The position numbers were made by a program, and so were the translations under genes. The notes under the pieces were generated by a model that saw only the letters and a list, made by a program, of their open reading frames with translations, was not told the origin of the DNA and made no database searches. Positions 26,596 to 36,146 of a stretch of 54,356 nt of DNA are shown in pieces (position 1 is the stretch's first letter; every line of letters starts with the position of its first letter). Source of the stretch: a virus (lineage: Duplodnaviria; Caudoviricetes); the IMG/VR virus record IMGVR_UViG_3300031949_000049, positions 1 to 54,356 of that record, one strand, 5' to 3'.

Positions 26596-27087
26596 TCATA
26601 ATTCCTGCATCTTCGCGTATTTATGCATGAGGTACTCGTCCCTCTTCTTCTTGAGCTCGGGGTCGAACGTCGAAAAGTAGACGTAGATGAACGTCGGCAG
26701 GCTGCCGTAGATACCGATGATGCTGAGTACCCAGTACGTCTCGTCACTGATGGCCAGGGCTATGCCGGTGAAGAAGAAATACGCGGTGAAGTACTTAAAG
26801 CCAGTCATGAACGGGGCCTTCCTGCTCATCATAAGCCAGGCGTTGTCCGGTCTCTTGGTGGTGATGAATATGGCAGTGAGCGCGCAGTCGATCATTACCC
26901 AGATCGGAGAGAGCCCCGGCTTGCCCTCGGCATAGGCGTTGAGTAGGTTCCCCGGCTCGTCACACCAGATGCAGGCAATCAGGACATGTGTTATCGTGAT
27001 TCCGTACCTGACGTAGATCTCGTCAAGCCACGACTGGTGCCAGGCCTGATACTTGTCGTCGAGCTGATCTATCAAGGAGAATATCAT
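26596..27087 (-). CDS. multi-pass membrane protein
   Basis: about 4 hydrophobic segments; AAGGAG RBS, ATGA overlap. Confidence 0.7.
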   Translation of the reverse strand: MIFSLIDQLDDKYQAWHQSWLDEIYVRYGITITHVLIACIWCDEPGNLLNAYAEGKPGLSPIWVMIDCALTAIFITTKRPDNAWLMMSRKAPFMTGFKYFTAYFFFTGIALAISDETYWVLSIIGIYGSLPTFIYVYFSTFDPELKKKRDEYLMHKYAKMQEL

Positions 27088-27392
27088 GGCTGGCGCTCCT
27101 TCCATCCGGTTTCTGGGACCATCGACCCGACGTAGACCTCGTGGGGAGGCGCCACGGCGTAGATCATGACGTGCTTCCGAGTCTTTGTCAATTCTATCAT
27201 GCGGTTGGCGTGTCCTTTGGCCTCGTCGAGAGTCGTGGCCTCGTTCCGCCAGTAGACGGCCGGGGCCGTGCACAGGACGGCGGTGAACATGGTAGCCTTC
27301 TCTATGATATTTTTCTCGTACGTCTGCCGATCGGAGAACTCTTGTCTCCGCGGGACGGCAGGCAACTTAAATCCTTCTGAGTACCGCACCAT
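27084..27392 (-). CDS. hypothetical protein
   Basis: GAGGTG RBS. Confidence 0.7.
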   Translation of the reverse strand: MVRYSEGFKLPAVPRRQEFSDRQTYEKNIIEKATMFTAVLCTAPAVYWRNEATTLDEAKGHANRMIELTKTRKHVMIYAVAPPHEVYVGSMVPETGWKERQP

Positions 27393-27396
27393 GATA

Positions 27397-27567
27397 TCAC
27401 CTCACGTAACCCTTTGGTGTACAGAAAGCCATGACGTTGTTGTTCTCAGGAACACGGGTCTGTATCGTGATGGCGGCCTTCTCGCAGGCGTCTATCGTAT
27501 TGAATTCGATGCCCGTGGAGGCCTTACCGAACTGCCCCATGATCAAGATGATTAGGATATATTTCAT
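27397..27567 (-). CDS. small secreted Cys protein
   Basis: GAGGAGG RBS; promoter TTGACG...TATACT upstream. Confidence 0.65.
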   Translation of the reverse strand: MKYILIILIMGQFGKASTGIEFNTIDACEKAAITIQTRVPENNNVMAFCTPKGYVR

Positions 27568-27608
27568 AACGATCCTCCTCTCCAGTATAACACAAAAGCG
27601 GCCCGGCG

Positions 27609-27896
27609 TCAATATACCTCGACCACCTTGCCGAACACCTCTATCGTCCACCCATTTATCCGGCCCTTGTTGTTGCCGATGAGGACTCCTCTGGTTGGTT
27701 TTATATCTTTCACTAGGTGGGTGTAGTAGTACTTGCCTACCTTACAGTATACGATGTCGTTGACTTCTACGTCGGTCCACTTCGTCGGACTCAGGCGGTG
27801 TTTCTGGCCCGACTTGATGAGGGGCTCCATGGAGTGACCCCTCTCGGAGGTGATGACATCCTGGCCGGCCTCCAGCTGTTCTCGCTTATTATTCAT
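27609..27896 (-). CDS. S24/S26 peptidase-like domain protein
   Basis: GHSMEPLI.SG, DIV.C, THLV, IGNNKG. Confidence 0.7.
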   Translation of the reverse strand: MNNKREQLEAGQDVITSERGHSMEPLIKSGQKHRLSPTKWTDVEVNDIVYCKVGKYYYTHLVKDIKPTRGVLIGNNKGRINGWTIEVFGKVVEVY

Positions 27897-29121
27897 CGAT
27901 GTCAGACTTCTCCATTATTTTCCCGTGCTCAACGGCCATCACGTCGGAGAAATGGTCAGAGCACTCGACGTAGTCGTTCATATATTCCATCAGACCGGCG
28001 ACGTCGTTGGTGAACAACGTGTCCTCGTCGTCGTCTCCCCTGATCACGAACTCGTCGACGTGGTCGAGACAGGTCAATGCAATGTTCTTCTTGACAGTGA
28101 TTCCAGACGCGGGCCCGTAGTCACTTGCCATGCGCTTTAGGACGTCCTCCTGAAAGAACGCTGTCCTAAATTCGCCCTGCCACTCGTTGTGAACGTTGGT
28201 CTCGTCGCTGAAGTGCGGGATGAATACCTCCCGGTCTTCTATATCTTGTTCATTCTCAAGAGGGCCAGGGCCGTGCCTAGTGACGTATGGGCGGGTGACG
28301 TAGTGCGCCTCGATGTTGTCGACGCCGTAGACCTGCGCCAGCATCGTCGGGTTCCATACACCGGTTTTCGATCTGGTGACGTACGGAAAGTTCTTACTGT
28401 TGTTCTCATCGAGGCCAAGCCCTTGACCACCTTCGAATACAGCCCTGTTGTTGGGGTTCGGCAGGACTGAGAAACTGATCGATGGGTGTTCTATGAGTAC
28501 CTTAGTCTTTTCGCATTCTGGTTCTACCAAGGCTTCTGCCATCTTGACGAAAGCCTTCACCGTTTCCGGGTCGATCTTGTAGCTCAGGAGGCGAGGAACA
28601 TAATAGGTGGTGATCATCCTGGTCATGAAGTCTCTGACTGAACTTATGCTTCCCTCGCAGAGGAAGTCATACATCGTCAGCTCAAAGCCGGCGAGGTTGC
28701 GGGTTACTGTCTCGTTGATGCCGTGCCCACAGGAACCATGGCGCTTGCCACCGCGGTTGGTCTCGAGTACCTGGTTCACCAGCATATCGATGCCGGTCAC
28801 AACCTGACAGTGGGGGGAGATGACGACCATCGGCATCAGCGTAAAGATCTCGTAGAAGGACTTCATCTCCTCGAGTAGGAGTGGTGGATTCACGAGATAC
28901 GTCTGGGCCAGATAGGTGAGTGCACCCCTGGCCGTGCCTGAGCCGAGTTGGCTATGGACGAACCTCTGGCCGTCGTGACCGATGGTGTGCCCGGCCTGGG
29001 CGCCGCCGTTGTGCTTTATCACCGTGCAGTCGGGATCGGCCAGGGCGTATGTGACGCTACCCTTCCCCTCGTCGCCGTAGCTGGCGCCTATGACCGCGTG
29101 TGCCTCCTCGAATAGTCTCAT
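27889..29121 (-). CDS. purA: adenylosuccinate synthetase-like protein (divergent PurA)
   Basis: GASYGDEGKG, NGGAQAGHT, HGSCG.GI, FEGGQG..LD, PYVTRS, TRHG.GP, TCLD. Confidence 0.85.
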   Translation of the reverse strand: MRLFEEAHAVIGASYGDEGKGSVTYALADPDCTVIKHNGGAQAGHTIGHDGQRFVHSQLGSGTARGALTYLAQTYLVNPPLLLEEMKSFYEIFTLMPMVVISPHCQVVTGIDMLVNQVLETNRGGKRHGSCGHGINETVTRNLAGFELTMYDFLCEGSISSVRDFMTRMITTYYVPRLLSYKIDPETVKAFVKMAEALVEPECEKTKVLIEHPSISFSVLPNPNNRAVFEGGQGLGLDENNSKNFPYVTRSKTGVWNPTMLAQVYGVDNIEAHYVTRPYVTRHGPGPLENEQDIEDREVFIPHFSDETNVHNEWQGEFRTAFFQEDVLKRMASDYGPASGITVKKNIALTCLDHVDEFVIRGDDDEDTLFTNDVAGLMEYMNDYVECSDHFSDVMAVEHGKIMEKSDIDE

Positions 29122-29139
29122 GTTCTCCTCCTCAGGATG

Positions 29140-29808
29140 TTACAGCAGTGCAAATATTTTCTCTGGCGGCTCGGCCGCCTTGCGGTAGACCGCCTTCCTC
29201 TGACCTCGCTTGTATACCTCAAAGCCGAGCTCGAGGATCCTTTTTTCGGCCCTAACGTGATCGTAGAGGTTCGTGTCGTCGCAGACGAGCATCGCCCCGA
29301 CGTGCATCCGGTCAGCGAAGAACTCCGCCTCCTCGATCACGACCGTTGAGTCGTGCGGCCCGTCGAGGTGGGCGATGCAGTAGTGTGTCTCCCTCACCTT
29401 GCCCTTGTTGAAATAGGTGGGGACGTAGTCATAGAAGCGGGTGAAGAACTCACTATCCTCCATGTTGAACACGATGGGATTGACGGGCTTCTTCCCGTCG
29501 TAGTAGGTGAAGAGTTCCTGCAGGCACTGGGCACGCATCTCGTTTGTGTAGTCGGTGTAGAGACGAGTCTGGTTCTTCTCCGTCGTCAGATACTCGATGT
29601 CGCCCCATGGGTCGACCATGACGTGGGTCTTGAACTCTCCCTTCTTGATGAAGGAGTCCATGATCATCCGAGACCCACCTCCGCGACGGAGCCCAATCTC
29701 ACACCCCATGCCGACGATACCGGCTGCCATCTCGGCCGCCTCTGTGAGAAGCTCGTATTCTGTGGAGTCAGTCGGCAACATGTTCTCAGAGTATATGGTG
29801 ATGGTCAT
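29140..29808 (-). CDS. class I SAM-dependent methyltransferase (Methyltransf_24-like)
   Basis: EIG.R.G.GS, VDPWG, HLDGPH, CDD. Confidence 0.8.
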   Translation of the reverse strand: MTITIYSENMLPTDSTEYELLTEAAEMAAGIVGMGCEIGLRRGGGSRMIMDSFIKKGEFKTHVMVDPWGDIEYLTTEKNQTRLYTDYTNEMRAQCLQELFTYYDGKKPVNPIVFNMEDSEFFTRFYDYVPTYFNKGKVRETHYCIAHLDGPHDSTVVIEEAEFFADRMHVGAMLVCDDTNLYDHVRAEKRILELGFEVYKRGQRKAVYRKAAEPPEKIFALL

Positions 29809-30428
29809 CAGGGGTTATTTACCTCGTTCCAAAAAATTTCTTGATCGCTTCTCTCGTGCTCGTACTGCCCGCCGAGTAGGCTATCAATTTCTTCTTGCTT
29901 CACGGGTTCGACCCCGCGGAAGTCACCGATCTTCTCGAGGCGCTTATCGTTCATGTTCTGGAGCAGCTCGAGTTCGCGATCCTGGCCCACGTCGGCGTAG
30001 GCGCCCTTGCTCTCCTGGATCTCCTTGAGTCTTTTATCCACCGCCAAGATGATCTGTATCGGGCTCGGCTGCGGCTCGTTGGTGAAGAAGCGATTCTTCG
30101 AGCTGATATTTCCCCCGGCCACGGCGTGGATCAACATGTCCCAGACCAAGACGGATTCATTCACCATCACCGACGACTTCTGGAAATCGAGCCTGAAGCC
30201 GGTGTTTGGGTTATTCCCGTCGTAGAACCTTATCCTTGGTCTAGACATGACGTAGGAGTGGGTGAACCTGGCCCTCCATCCGGCCTCCCCCAGTTTCCTG
30301 GTCGAGGTGTTGATGAAGGCGCCGATCCAGATATCTACGTCTGGCGCCTCAGTCAACCACTTGGAAGAGAAGAATAATTCTCCCTTCCTGTCCTGGCCGC
30401 TGAAGTGCTGGAAGTACATAGATTCCAT
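29808..30428 (-). CDS. hypothetical protein
   Basis: GGAGGAGG RBS. Confidence 0.7.
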   Translation of the reverse strand: MESMYFQHFSGQDRKGELFFSSKWLTEAPDVDIWIGAFINTSTRKLGEAGWRARFTHSYVMSRPRIRFYDGNNPNTGFRLDFQKSSVMVNESVLVWDMLIHAVAGGNISSKNRFFTNEPQPSPIQIILAVDKRLKEIQESKGAYADVGQDRELELLQNMNDKRLEKIGDFRGVEPVKQEEIDSLLGGQYEHERSDQEIFWNEVNNP

Positions 30429-30466
30429 TACCCCTCCTCCTTCATCCCAAGGCCCACGGTGCATAG

Positions 30467-30694
30467 TTACGTGAGTAGGCCGGCCTTGAAGTCAGAGAGC
30501 AACTTGTCGATCTCGAGGTCGATGAGTTTGATGCCCCTCTGGTGTTCGCCCTTCTTCTTGAGAAGGTCCTTGAGTGCATTCTGGGTGCCTTCCTTGGCGC
30601 CCTTGTTGAGGGCAGCTATCGCCGAGTCCAGCATTTGCTTCGCTGGATCCTGTCCGGGCTTCAGCGGTGTTTCGGCTTCATCATTGTCTGCCAT
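30467..30694 (-). CDS. small coiled-coil protein
   Basis: GAGGAG RBS. Confidence 0.75.
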   Translation of the reverse strand: MADNDEAETPLKPGQDPAKQMLDSAIAALNKGAKEGTQNALKDLLKKKGEHQRGIKLIDLEIDKLLSDFKAGLLT

Positions 30695-30933
30695 GGTGAT
30701 CTCCTCTTTTGTGTTGGCTATCCTTTATAACTCTTTTAGATATGGTTGTACACCGGCAAAGATCTTGGTGTGCAAGTTACGCCGGCTCACTAGCAAATTC
30801 CGACGCGCAACTTCCAGGCTGATCCCGAGGACGAAGTAGTTGTAGATGATCCTTGGTTCCTCGCCAAACTCACTCATGACGACGCGCCACTCCGGAGGAA
30901 GTTTGTCGTGAAATTCCATCCTGCGGACCGCGT

Positions 30934-31188
30934 CTAGATCCCGCGCTTCAACAGCTTCAGTTCGCGCTTCATCTCGAAGAACTCTCGGTGCGATGGCCAT
31001 GGCTTTACGTCTCCTGATCCCCAACACTCGTCGCATACGTCTATCTCGAACGATTGCCCTCCGCCGTCTCCTCTCCAAGTAGACGTATCGGGATAGGACT
31101 TAGCCCCGGTGCCGTTGCACCCGGTACAGGCCTTCTCGACGCCTCTTACCTTGAGGAAGTCTGCAAAGAACTTCTCGCGATAACTCAT
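30934..31188 (-). CDS. CxxCxGxG zinc-finger protein
   Basis: CTGCNGTG...CDECWGSG. Confidence 0.7.
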   Translation of the reverse strand: MSYREKFFADFLKVRGVEKACTGCNGTGAKSYPDTSTWRGDGGGQSFEIDVCDECWGSGDVKPWPSHREFFEMKRELKLLKRGI

Positions 31189-31200
31189 CGATATACCATA

Positions 31201-31548
31201 TCACCTTTTGTCTGACGTGTCAATAAACTTGCAATTCGGTGGCAACACCTCGGGGAACAGCGGCCTCACCTGGGTTTCCCAATCGTAGCCGGCCAGTCCG
31301 CATCCGATTCTCGTGATGCCGAAGCTCATCCCAGGATTCCTCTTGGCAAAGAGTATGAGGGCGTCGACGTAGAGTCGGATCCTCCAGATGGGAAGTGGCT
31401 TTAGGAACGAGTCCTTCGTCGGGATCGCGTAGCTGTCTCCCTGCAGCCCGACCGCCTGGCCCTTCACGGCACCGTGTTTCTTGGCCGCCTCCAGGGCGGA
31501 ACCCTTGCCGTGGCGGCCGGCAAGATTAGATCCGAATACGAACACCAT
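31201..31548 (-). CDS. conserved phage protein, VFVFGSN family (possibly Macro-like)
   Basis: VFVFGSNLAGRHG.G.A, YAIPTK, TRIGCGLAG. Confidence 0.8.
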   Translation of the reverse strand: MVFVFGSNLAGRHGKGSALEAAKKHGAVKGQAVGLQGDSYAIPTKDSFLKPLPIWRIRLYVDALILFAKRNPGMSFGITRIGCGLAGYDWETQVRPLFPEVLPPNCKFIDTSDKR

Positions 31549-31823
31549 TACCTCTTCTCAAATTTTATGTAACACCGGTGATGGCCGGGGGCGTCGGAAT
31601 TGATATATTCTCTGAGTACAGTGATCTCGAAGTCCGGGAACGTCGCGATCATGTGCTGGATCATCTCCTCCACCCAATCAGGTTCGACGAATCTGAAATC
31701 ATAGCCGCAGTACACGTAGCTTTTGCCACTGATGAACCGCTTCAGCATCTCTTTTCGACTCCACCAGCCGGTCTTAGCGCTTTGGATCGCCTCCCGATAC
31801 TTGAGTTCATCTTGGAAACTCAT
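31548..31823 (-). CDS. hypothetical protein (tandem paralogue of next ORF)
   Basis: YRE.I....S..EML...YD....EP.W..E.IQH....F shared with 31820-32188. Confidence 0.7.
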   Translation of the reverse strand: MSFQDELKYREAIQSAKTGWWSRKEMLKRFISGKSYVYCGYDFRFVEPDWVEEMIQHMIATFPDFEITVLREYINSDAPGHHRCYIKFEKR

Positions 31824-32188
31824 GGGGCCTCCTTCTTGAACGTAAAGAGAACGGAACACTCGTATATTGTCGCCCCTCTCGACGTTAGTCTCGGCGGAGG
31901 ATCCTTCACCCGGATGTCCTCGAACTCCCCCTCGAAACACCCCAGGACGTGTTGAATGATCTCATCTTTCCATTCTGGTTCCTTGGTGTAATGACAATCG
32001 TAGATGGTCAGCCACGAGTAGAACTGGCCTTTGTATGGCCCGGCCTCCCACAGCTGGCGCATCTCCCGGAGGTTGTAGAGCATCTCCGGCTTGGAGAAGA
32101 AGAAGTTCTTCAGGCGGGCTATCTGTTCACGATAGCCGACCGCCTCCTTCATAAAACTCAAAAGCGCCTCCTTACGAAGACATACCAC
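31820..32188 (-). CDS. hypothetical protein (tandem paralogue)
   Basis: see previous; start uncertain. Confidence 0.7.
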   Translation of the reverse strand: MVCLRKEALLSFMKEAVGYREQIARLKNFFFSKPEMLYNLREMRQLWEAGPYKGQFYSWLTIYDCHYTKEPEWKDEIIQHVLGCFEGEFEDIRVKDPPPRLTSRGATIYECSVLFTFKKEAP

Positions 32189-32200
32189 CGCAGTTCATCC

Positions 32201-32638
32201 TCAAAAGCCATGACTACCTCTCAGAACGTGCACCGTTTGGATGAACTCACCCTTCTGACCAAAGGTGTAGATGAGATCCATGATGCCGAAGTCGTCGATG
32301 ATCTTCTTGCACCCGTCACACGGCTGCGCCAGGCCCGCGACGTAGCGACCTCCGCGGCGGAGCTTCTTTGCCCTGGCGATGAACATGGAGGCTCCATTGA
32401 TGCGGACGTGCCTGGATAGCGCGTTGACGATGGCGGCCACCTCGGCGTGGGTTCCAACTACTTCATGGTGCTTGGCGTACGCCACCGAGAGGTCGCTATC
32501 GTCCTTGGAGTTGTGACCCCAGGCAAGGAGCTTCTTGTCGACGGGGTCCCAGATCTCTGCGTACAGCCGATGATCGCCGTGTCCGGGCTTAGCACCCGCG
32601 GCCTTCACCATTCTTCGCAACCTGCGCTGGGTGATCAT
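32201..32638 (-). CDS. zinc-dependent cytidine/deoxycytidylate deaminase-fold protein
   Basis: HAE...PCDGC. Confidence 0.85.
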   Translation of the reverse strand: MITQRRLRRMVKAAGAKPGHGDHRLYAEIWDPVDKKLLAWGHNSKDDSDLSVAYAKHHEVVGTHAEVAAIVNALSRHVRINGASMFIARAKKLRRGGRYVAGLAQPCDGCKKIIDDFGIMDLIYTFGQKGEFIQTVHVLRGSHGF

Positions 32639-32644
32639 GATAAA

Positions 32645-32722
32645 TGGTAGCCGGCGTCGGACTCGAACCGACACGCCCATAGGTTTGAGCTATGGAGGTA
32701 TACCTCTTCCCGTCAGCCGGCC
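32645..32722 (-). tRNA. tRNA-Leu(CAA), short variable loop
   Basis: GGCCGGC/GCCGGCU acceptor, CAUAG-CUCAAAC-CUAUG, GUUCGAGUC, ACCA. Confidence 0.8.
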
Positions 32723-32980
32723 TTCTCTCTCCTCATCCTACTTCTATCCGCTTCTCGGAGATGGGCTTCCTTCCGGCGGCCATCTCCCTGTATCTATTCC
32801 TCGTATCTTCCGAGAGCTCCATCCAACCGCACCCGTATTCCGCGTCCTGATTGAATAGCTCGATAGCCAAGAGTTCGATCGTAGGTTCCTTGATCTTGTA
32901 TTGTTTTATAACCTTCGACATTGATCACATCCTTATGCACGAAAAACCTCCTCGTAGTCACGATGTGTAGTAGGATGCAA

Positions 32981-33214
32981 TCACTCCTTGAGAGCACTGA
33001 GGTAGACGTCCATCAACTCCGCTTCCTCGTTGCGCTCGTCTTCCTTCTTTCTCCTCTCAGATATAACCTTTCGTAGGATCTTGACGTCGAATCCGTCGGC
33101 CTTGGCTTCCAGGTAGACTTCTTTAATGTCCCCCTGGGTGCCTCGCTTGGAGACCTCCAGTGCCTCGATTCTTTCGACGAAAGCCTTTAGTTGCCCTGCT
33201 GCTATGCCTGACAT
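32981..33214 (-). CDS. GapR/DUF2312 nucleoid-associated protein
   Basis: QLKAFVERIE.LE..K.....DIKEVY.EAK..GFD.K..R. Confidence 0.9.
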   Translation of the reverse strand: MSGIAAGQLKAFVERIEALEVSKRGTQGDIKEVYLEAKADGFDVKILRKVISERRKKEDERNEEAELMDVYLSALKE

Positions 33215-33331
33215 AATGAATCCTATTCTTGTATTTAACGCCGTCCTCGGTGATTCCTGGGACATACGGTAGGCTAGGCGTAGGCTTAGGTGGCTTTAAC
33301 TTCGTGCTAATAGCAAACACTCCTTCCATGA

Positions 33332-33408
33332 TGGTGATCCCGACAAGATTCGAACCTGTGACCCCCGGTTTAGGAAACCGGTGCTCTGTCCAGCTGAGCT
33401 ACGGGACC
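33332..33408 (-). tRNA. tRNA-Arg(CCU)
   Basis: canonical cloverleaf, CCA; TTGACA promoter at ~33425-33452. Confidence 0.95.
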
Positions 33409-33448
33409 AATTCATAATAGTCGTTTATATATGGTAACTTAGCCGGTG

Positions 33449-33745
33449 TCAACCGTGTAAGACGTTCTCGTTAGAAAGAAGCCGGTGTCTTTTAACCATG
33501 AGTTCATCGAGACGGCGCCGCCCCTCAGGGGTTATCGCGAGCTCTACTCGCCGATGATGCCTCACAACACTGATTGGGCTGCAGTGCACCAGGGCGGCGT
33601 AGCCATTCTTGAGTATATTTTCCACTTGCCTTATTGTCCTATTATCGATGACCTCGTCGGACCCATGGAGGTAAAGGACGCCGTTCCACCACTTCCCGAC
33701 GTCGGCGAGGAACAACATCTCTTCATTTTCATCTATCGTCATCAT
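33449..33745 (-). CDS. small wHTH-like paralogue family member
   Basis: ILKNGY...SP...AITPEG. Confidence 0.7.
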   Translation of the reverse strand: MMTIDENEEMLFLADVGKWWNGVLYLHGSDEVIDNRTIRQVENILKNGYAALVHCSPISVVRHHRRVELAITPEGRRRLDELMVKRHRLLSNENVLHG

Positions 33746-33965
33746 TTCGTATCTTGAAGTAGTCTATTCCTTCTTTGGTGGCGGTCACGGATATGGTGCT
33801 GCGGTTGTTGCTTTCTCCAGAGGGGTTTCTAGGAGGTGAGTGATCGGTTAAGACTAGGAATCCATGGGAGAGGAGCGACTCGATGGTGATGATATTCTCG
33901 ATCATGCCGAACTTGCCCGCCCCACCGACGCTGGCCGCGACGATGTCTCTAGCTTTCCATTTCAC
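33729..33965 (-). CDS. small wHTH-like paralogue family member
   Basis: LLSHGF..TDHSP...TATKEG; start uncertain. Confidence 0.65.
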   Translation of the reverse strand: MKWKARDIVAASVGGAGKFGMIENIITIESLLSHGFLVLTDHSPPRNPSGESNNRSTISVTATKEGIDYFKIRNDDDR

Positions 33966-33972
33966 GCGCGGG

Positions 33973-34221
33973 CTAGAGTTTCCCACGGACCAATATTCCT
34001 TCACTGGTCAACCTGACCGTAATCGGATGTTGCTTCCGTGTAAACTCGTTTCCAGCTATCCAATATTCCGGGGAATAATTCTCCAGAGTTACGTACCCTT
34101 CCTGCATGGCCTCAATAACGTACGGAATGTTTTCTGGGAGAGTGAAATGAATCGGGGTTTGAAAATTACCACCACCACGGTGTTCCATAAGCAAGTCGAT
34201 GATAGTCCTGACGGAGGCCAT
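33973..34221 (-). CDS. small wHTH-like paralogue family member
   Basis: AMQEGY...SP...RLTSEG. Confidence 0.7.
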   Translation of the reverse strand: MASVRTIIDLLMEHRGGGNFQTPIHFTLPENIPYVIEAMQEGYVTLENYSPEYWIAGNEFTRKQHPITVRLTSEGILVRGKL

Positions 34222-34505
34222 CCTAGATCCTCGGGCTGATCGCCGCGAATACCGTGAGGACTATGCAGCCGGCGGCGCAGGCCCCCCAGAAGATCGCCAT
34301 TCCCTTGCTCGGCCAGGTGTCCCTATACCATACCAGTCGTGCCTTGTACGAGCAGGCGATGAATACGATGAAGGCTATGAGGGGGACTAACATTTCTTTC
34401 ACCACATGAGATAAAATGGACCGACGTAAAAGCGATGAATTTTTATATCTTCGACGCGAAATGGTTGATAGCCGAATCGCCAAGGGCCCACTTGGTGGCA
34501 GAACT

Positions 34506-34838
34506 TCATTCTTTAAGTTCCCTCTTCAGGTTCTCAATCTTCGCCAGGGCTTCGACGCAGGGACTCTTCGGCTGCGCCTTGGCGATTTCCTCGACGTCTC
34601 GAATATTCTTGCACGTTGCGGGAAAGTGCTTGTCACAATACTTGCACGGGTAAGCGGTCGTCTCCGTCTCATACCAGGCAACTTTCCCGGCCGAGACAAC
34701 CCGCTGGGCTAGGTTCCAACCCATGTAGCCGAGCGTGGTGTAGTCGACTTCTATCCCGTCGTAGTGACGAAGCACGAGCTTCCATGCCCGTGCTTCGTCT
34801 CGTACTCCCGACGCCCTTACGTAAAGGCTGAGGACCAC
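34506..34838 (-). CDS. hypothetical protein
   Basis: ORF with CKYC; start uncertain. Confidence 0.55.
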   Translation of the reverse strand: MVLSLYVRASGVRDEARAWKLVLRHYDGIEVDYTTLGYMGWNLAQRVVSAGKVAWYETETTAYPCKYCDKHFPATCKNIRDVEEIAKAQPKSPCVEALAKIENLKRELKE

Positions 34839-34847
34839 ATCGGTTCC

Positions 34848-35207
34848 TTAGTCGGCAACCTTGCGGGCCAGCTCGGCGAAGTGGTCGAACTCGCGTCCCA
34901 GGTTGTACTGGTAGACACCCGCATCGTGCTTGATCGTCTCGTGGGTGTCGTGAGGGCGCTCGTGGGTAAGTTCCTTGTCGCCATCGAGGAGGGCGTAGAG
35001 GATCTTCATTCCGGCCGGTGGGTTCTTCGCCTCAAAGACCTTGACCTTCTCCATCGTCATGACGTGGTGATGGCCGGTCTCAGAGTGGCCGATGATGAAC
35101 TGCCCGTTGACCGGCTTGACCTCGATGAGGTCAGACATCGGAGGGAGCTTCGCGATCTTGCGGATCGAGATCTCACCCTGGGCAGCCGTGGTCTTAAATG
35201 TCTTCAT
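34848..35207 (-). CDS. conserved His-motif protein (QG...GHSETGHHH...H..H)
   Basis: AAGGAG RBS; own TTGACA-17-TATAGG promoter; family I recall co-occurring with DUF6745. Confidence 0.8.
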   Translation of the reverse strand: MKTFKTTAAQGEISIRKIAKLPPMSDLIEVKPVNGQFIIGHSETGHHHVMTMEKVKVFEAKNPPAGMKILYALLDGDKELTHERPHDTHETIKHDAGVYQYNLGREFDHFAELARKVAD

Positions 35208-35275
35208 TACAGTGGTCTCCTTGGGTTGTAGTCAGACACCTATACTATGGTTTCGGAGAGGTGTCAACCCCGTTT

Positions 35276-35953
35276 TTAGATTGGTTTACAAGTCGATTCG
35301 AGCAGGTCTGGATATATATCAAAACTCCGTACGAATAGTTTCATTCTAAACCCGTAAGACGTGATTGTACACTCCGAAGTACCGCCCGGTACTGCGCCAG
35401 ACACAAAATCTGGAAAGAATAGTTTCCCGTAATGAAGAAGGCTCCAGGCCTCATTGAAAAGCGTCGCCCTGACCCGGAAATAGGTGCTGTCGTTGTCACC
35501 GCATGGGATCACATAGCAACCCTTCACCGAATGGACGTTGTCGAGGGTGTCCAGTTCCTGCGAGTTGAAGAGGTAGACCCGCTCGTGCTTGACCGTGGCG
35601 GCGTAGAGGCCGGCGTCCCAGAAGAAACCGAGTATGGGGAGGGCGAGGAAATAGAGGAATAGACCAGAGCCAAAGAGAAAACTTCCTGCCAAGGTCTTGC
35701 TGAACTTCCCCGTGTCGTCGTATACCGTCTTGTCCCATAGCCAGAAATAACCCGTAATGAGCTTGCGGAAGGGCCAGGACACGACTTTATATATCGGACC
35801 GAGCTTGGTCGACAACCAGTCGACGGCCATGGTGAACTGCCCGGTGCGCCGGATGATCTTACCCGTCGTGGAGTTGGCGATAGCGGCCTCGACCGCGGCG
35901 TTCTTGTCCGCGGCGGTCTTCCGGAACTTCTTGATGTCGTCAGAGATTCTCAT
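35276..35953 (-). CDS. membrane protein
   Basis: TM segment then Cys-containing domain. Confidence 0.75.
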   Translation of the reverse strand: MRISDDIKKFRKTAADKNAAVEAAIANSTTGKIIRRTGQFTMAVDWLSTKLGPIYKVVSWPFRKLITGYFWLWDKTVYDDTGKFSKTLAGSFLFGSGLFLYFLALPILGFFWDAGLYAATVKHERVYLFNSQELDTLDNVHSVKGCYVIPCGDNDSTYFRVRATLFNEAWSLLHYGKLFFPDFVSGAVPGGTSECTITSYGFRMKLFVRSFDIYPDLLESTCKPI

Positions 35954-36146
35954 TGTATATTTCCAATGCCCTCTTGGCGATCTTGCTCCCGCTTCCATTG
36001 CCAGCGGCCATCTCCTTTACACTCTCAACGAAGTCAGTCGAGCCCTCTATATTGACAAGCGCCTTGAGGCTGAGCGCGGCCTGTTGGGCGGCGTGTTCCT
36101 CGAGGTCGGCGATGTCCTTGGCGGTTAGGGTGTAGGGAGTCATCAT
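35940..36146 (-). CDS. hypothetical protein
   Basis: ATGA overlap with ClpB-like gene. Confidence 0.65.
   Translation of the reverse strand: MMTPYTLTAKDIADLEEHAAQQAALSLKALVNIEGSTDFVESVKEMAAGNGSGSKIAKRALEIYNENL

Noticed and set aside
27889-29121. PurZ (2-aminoadenine/Z-genome) assignment
   Set aside because: The P-loop keeps the PurA Asp (YGDEGKG) rather than the PurZ Ser (GSTGKG), and no datZ/mazZ-like neighbours are visible.
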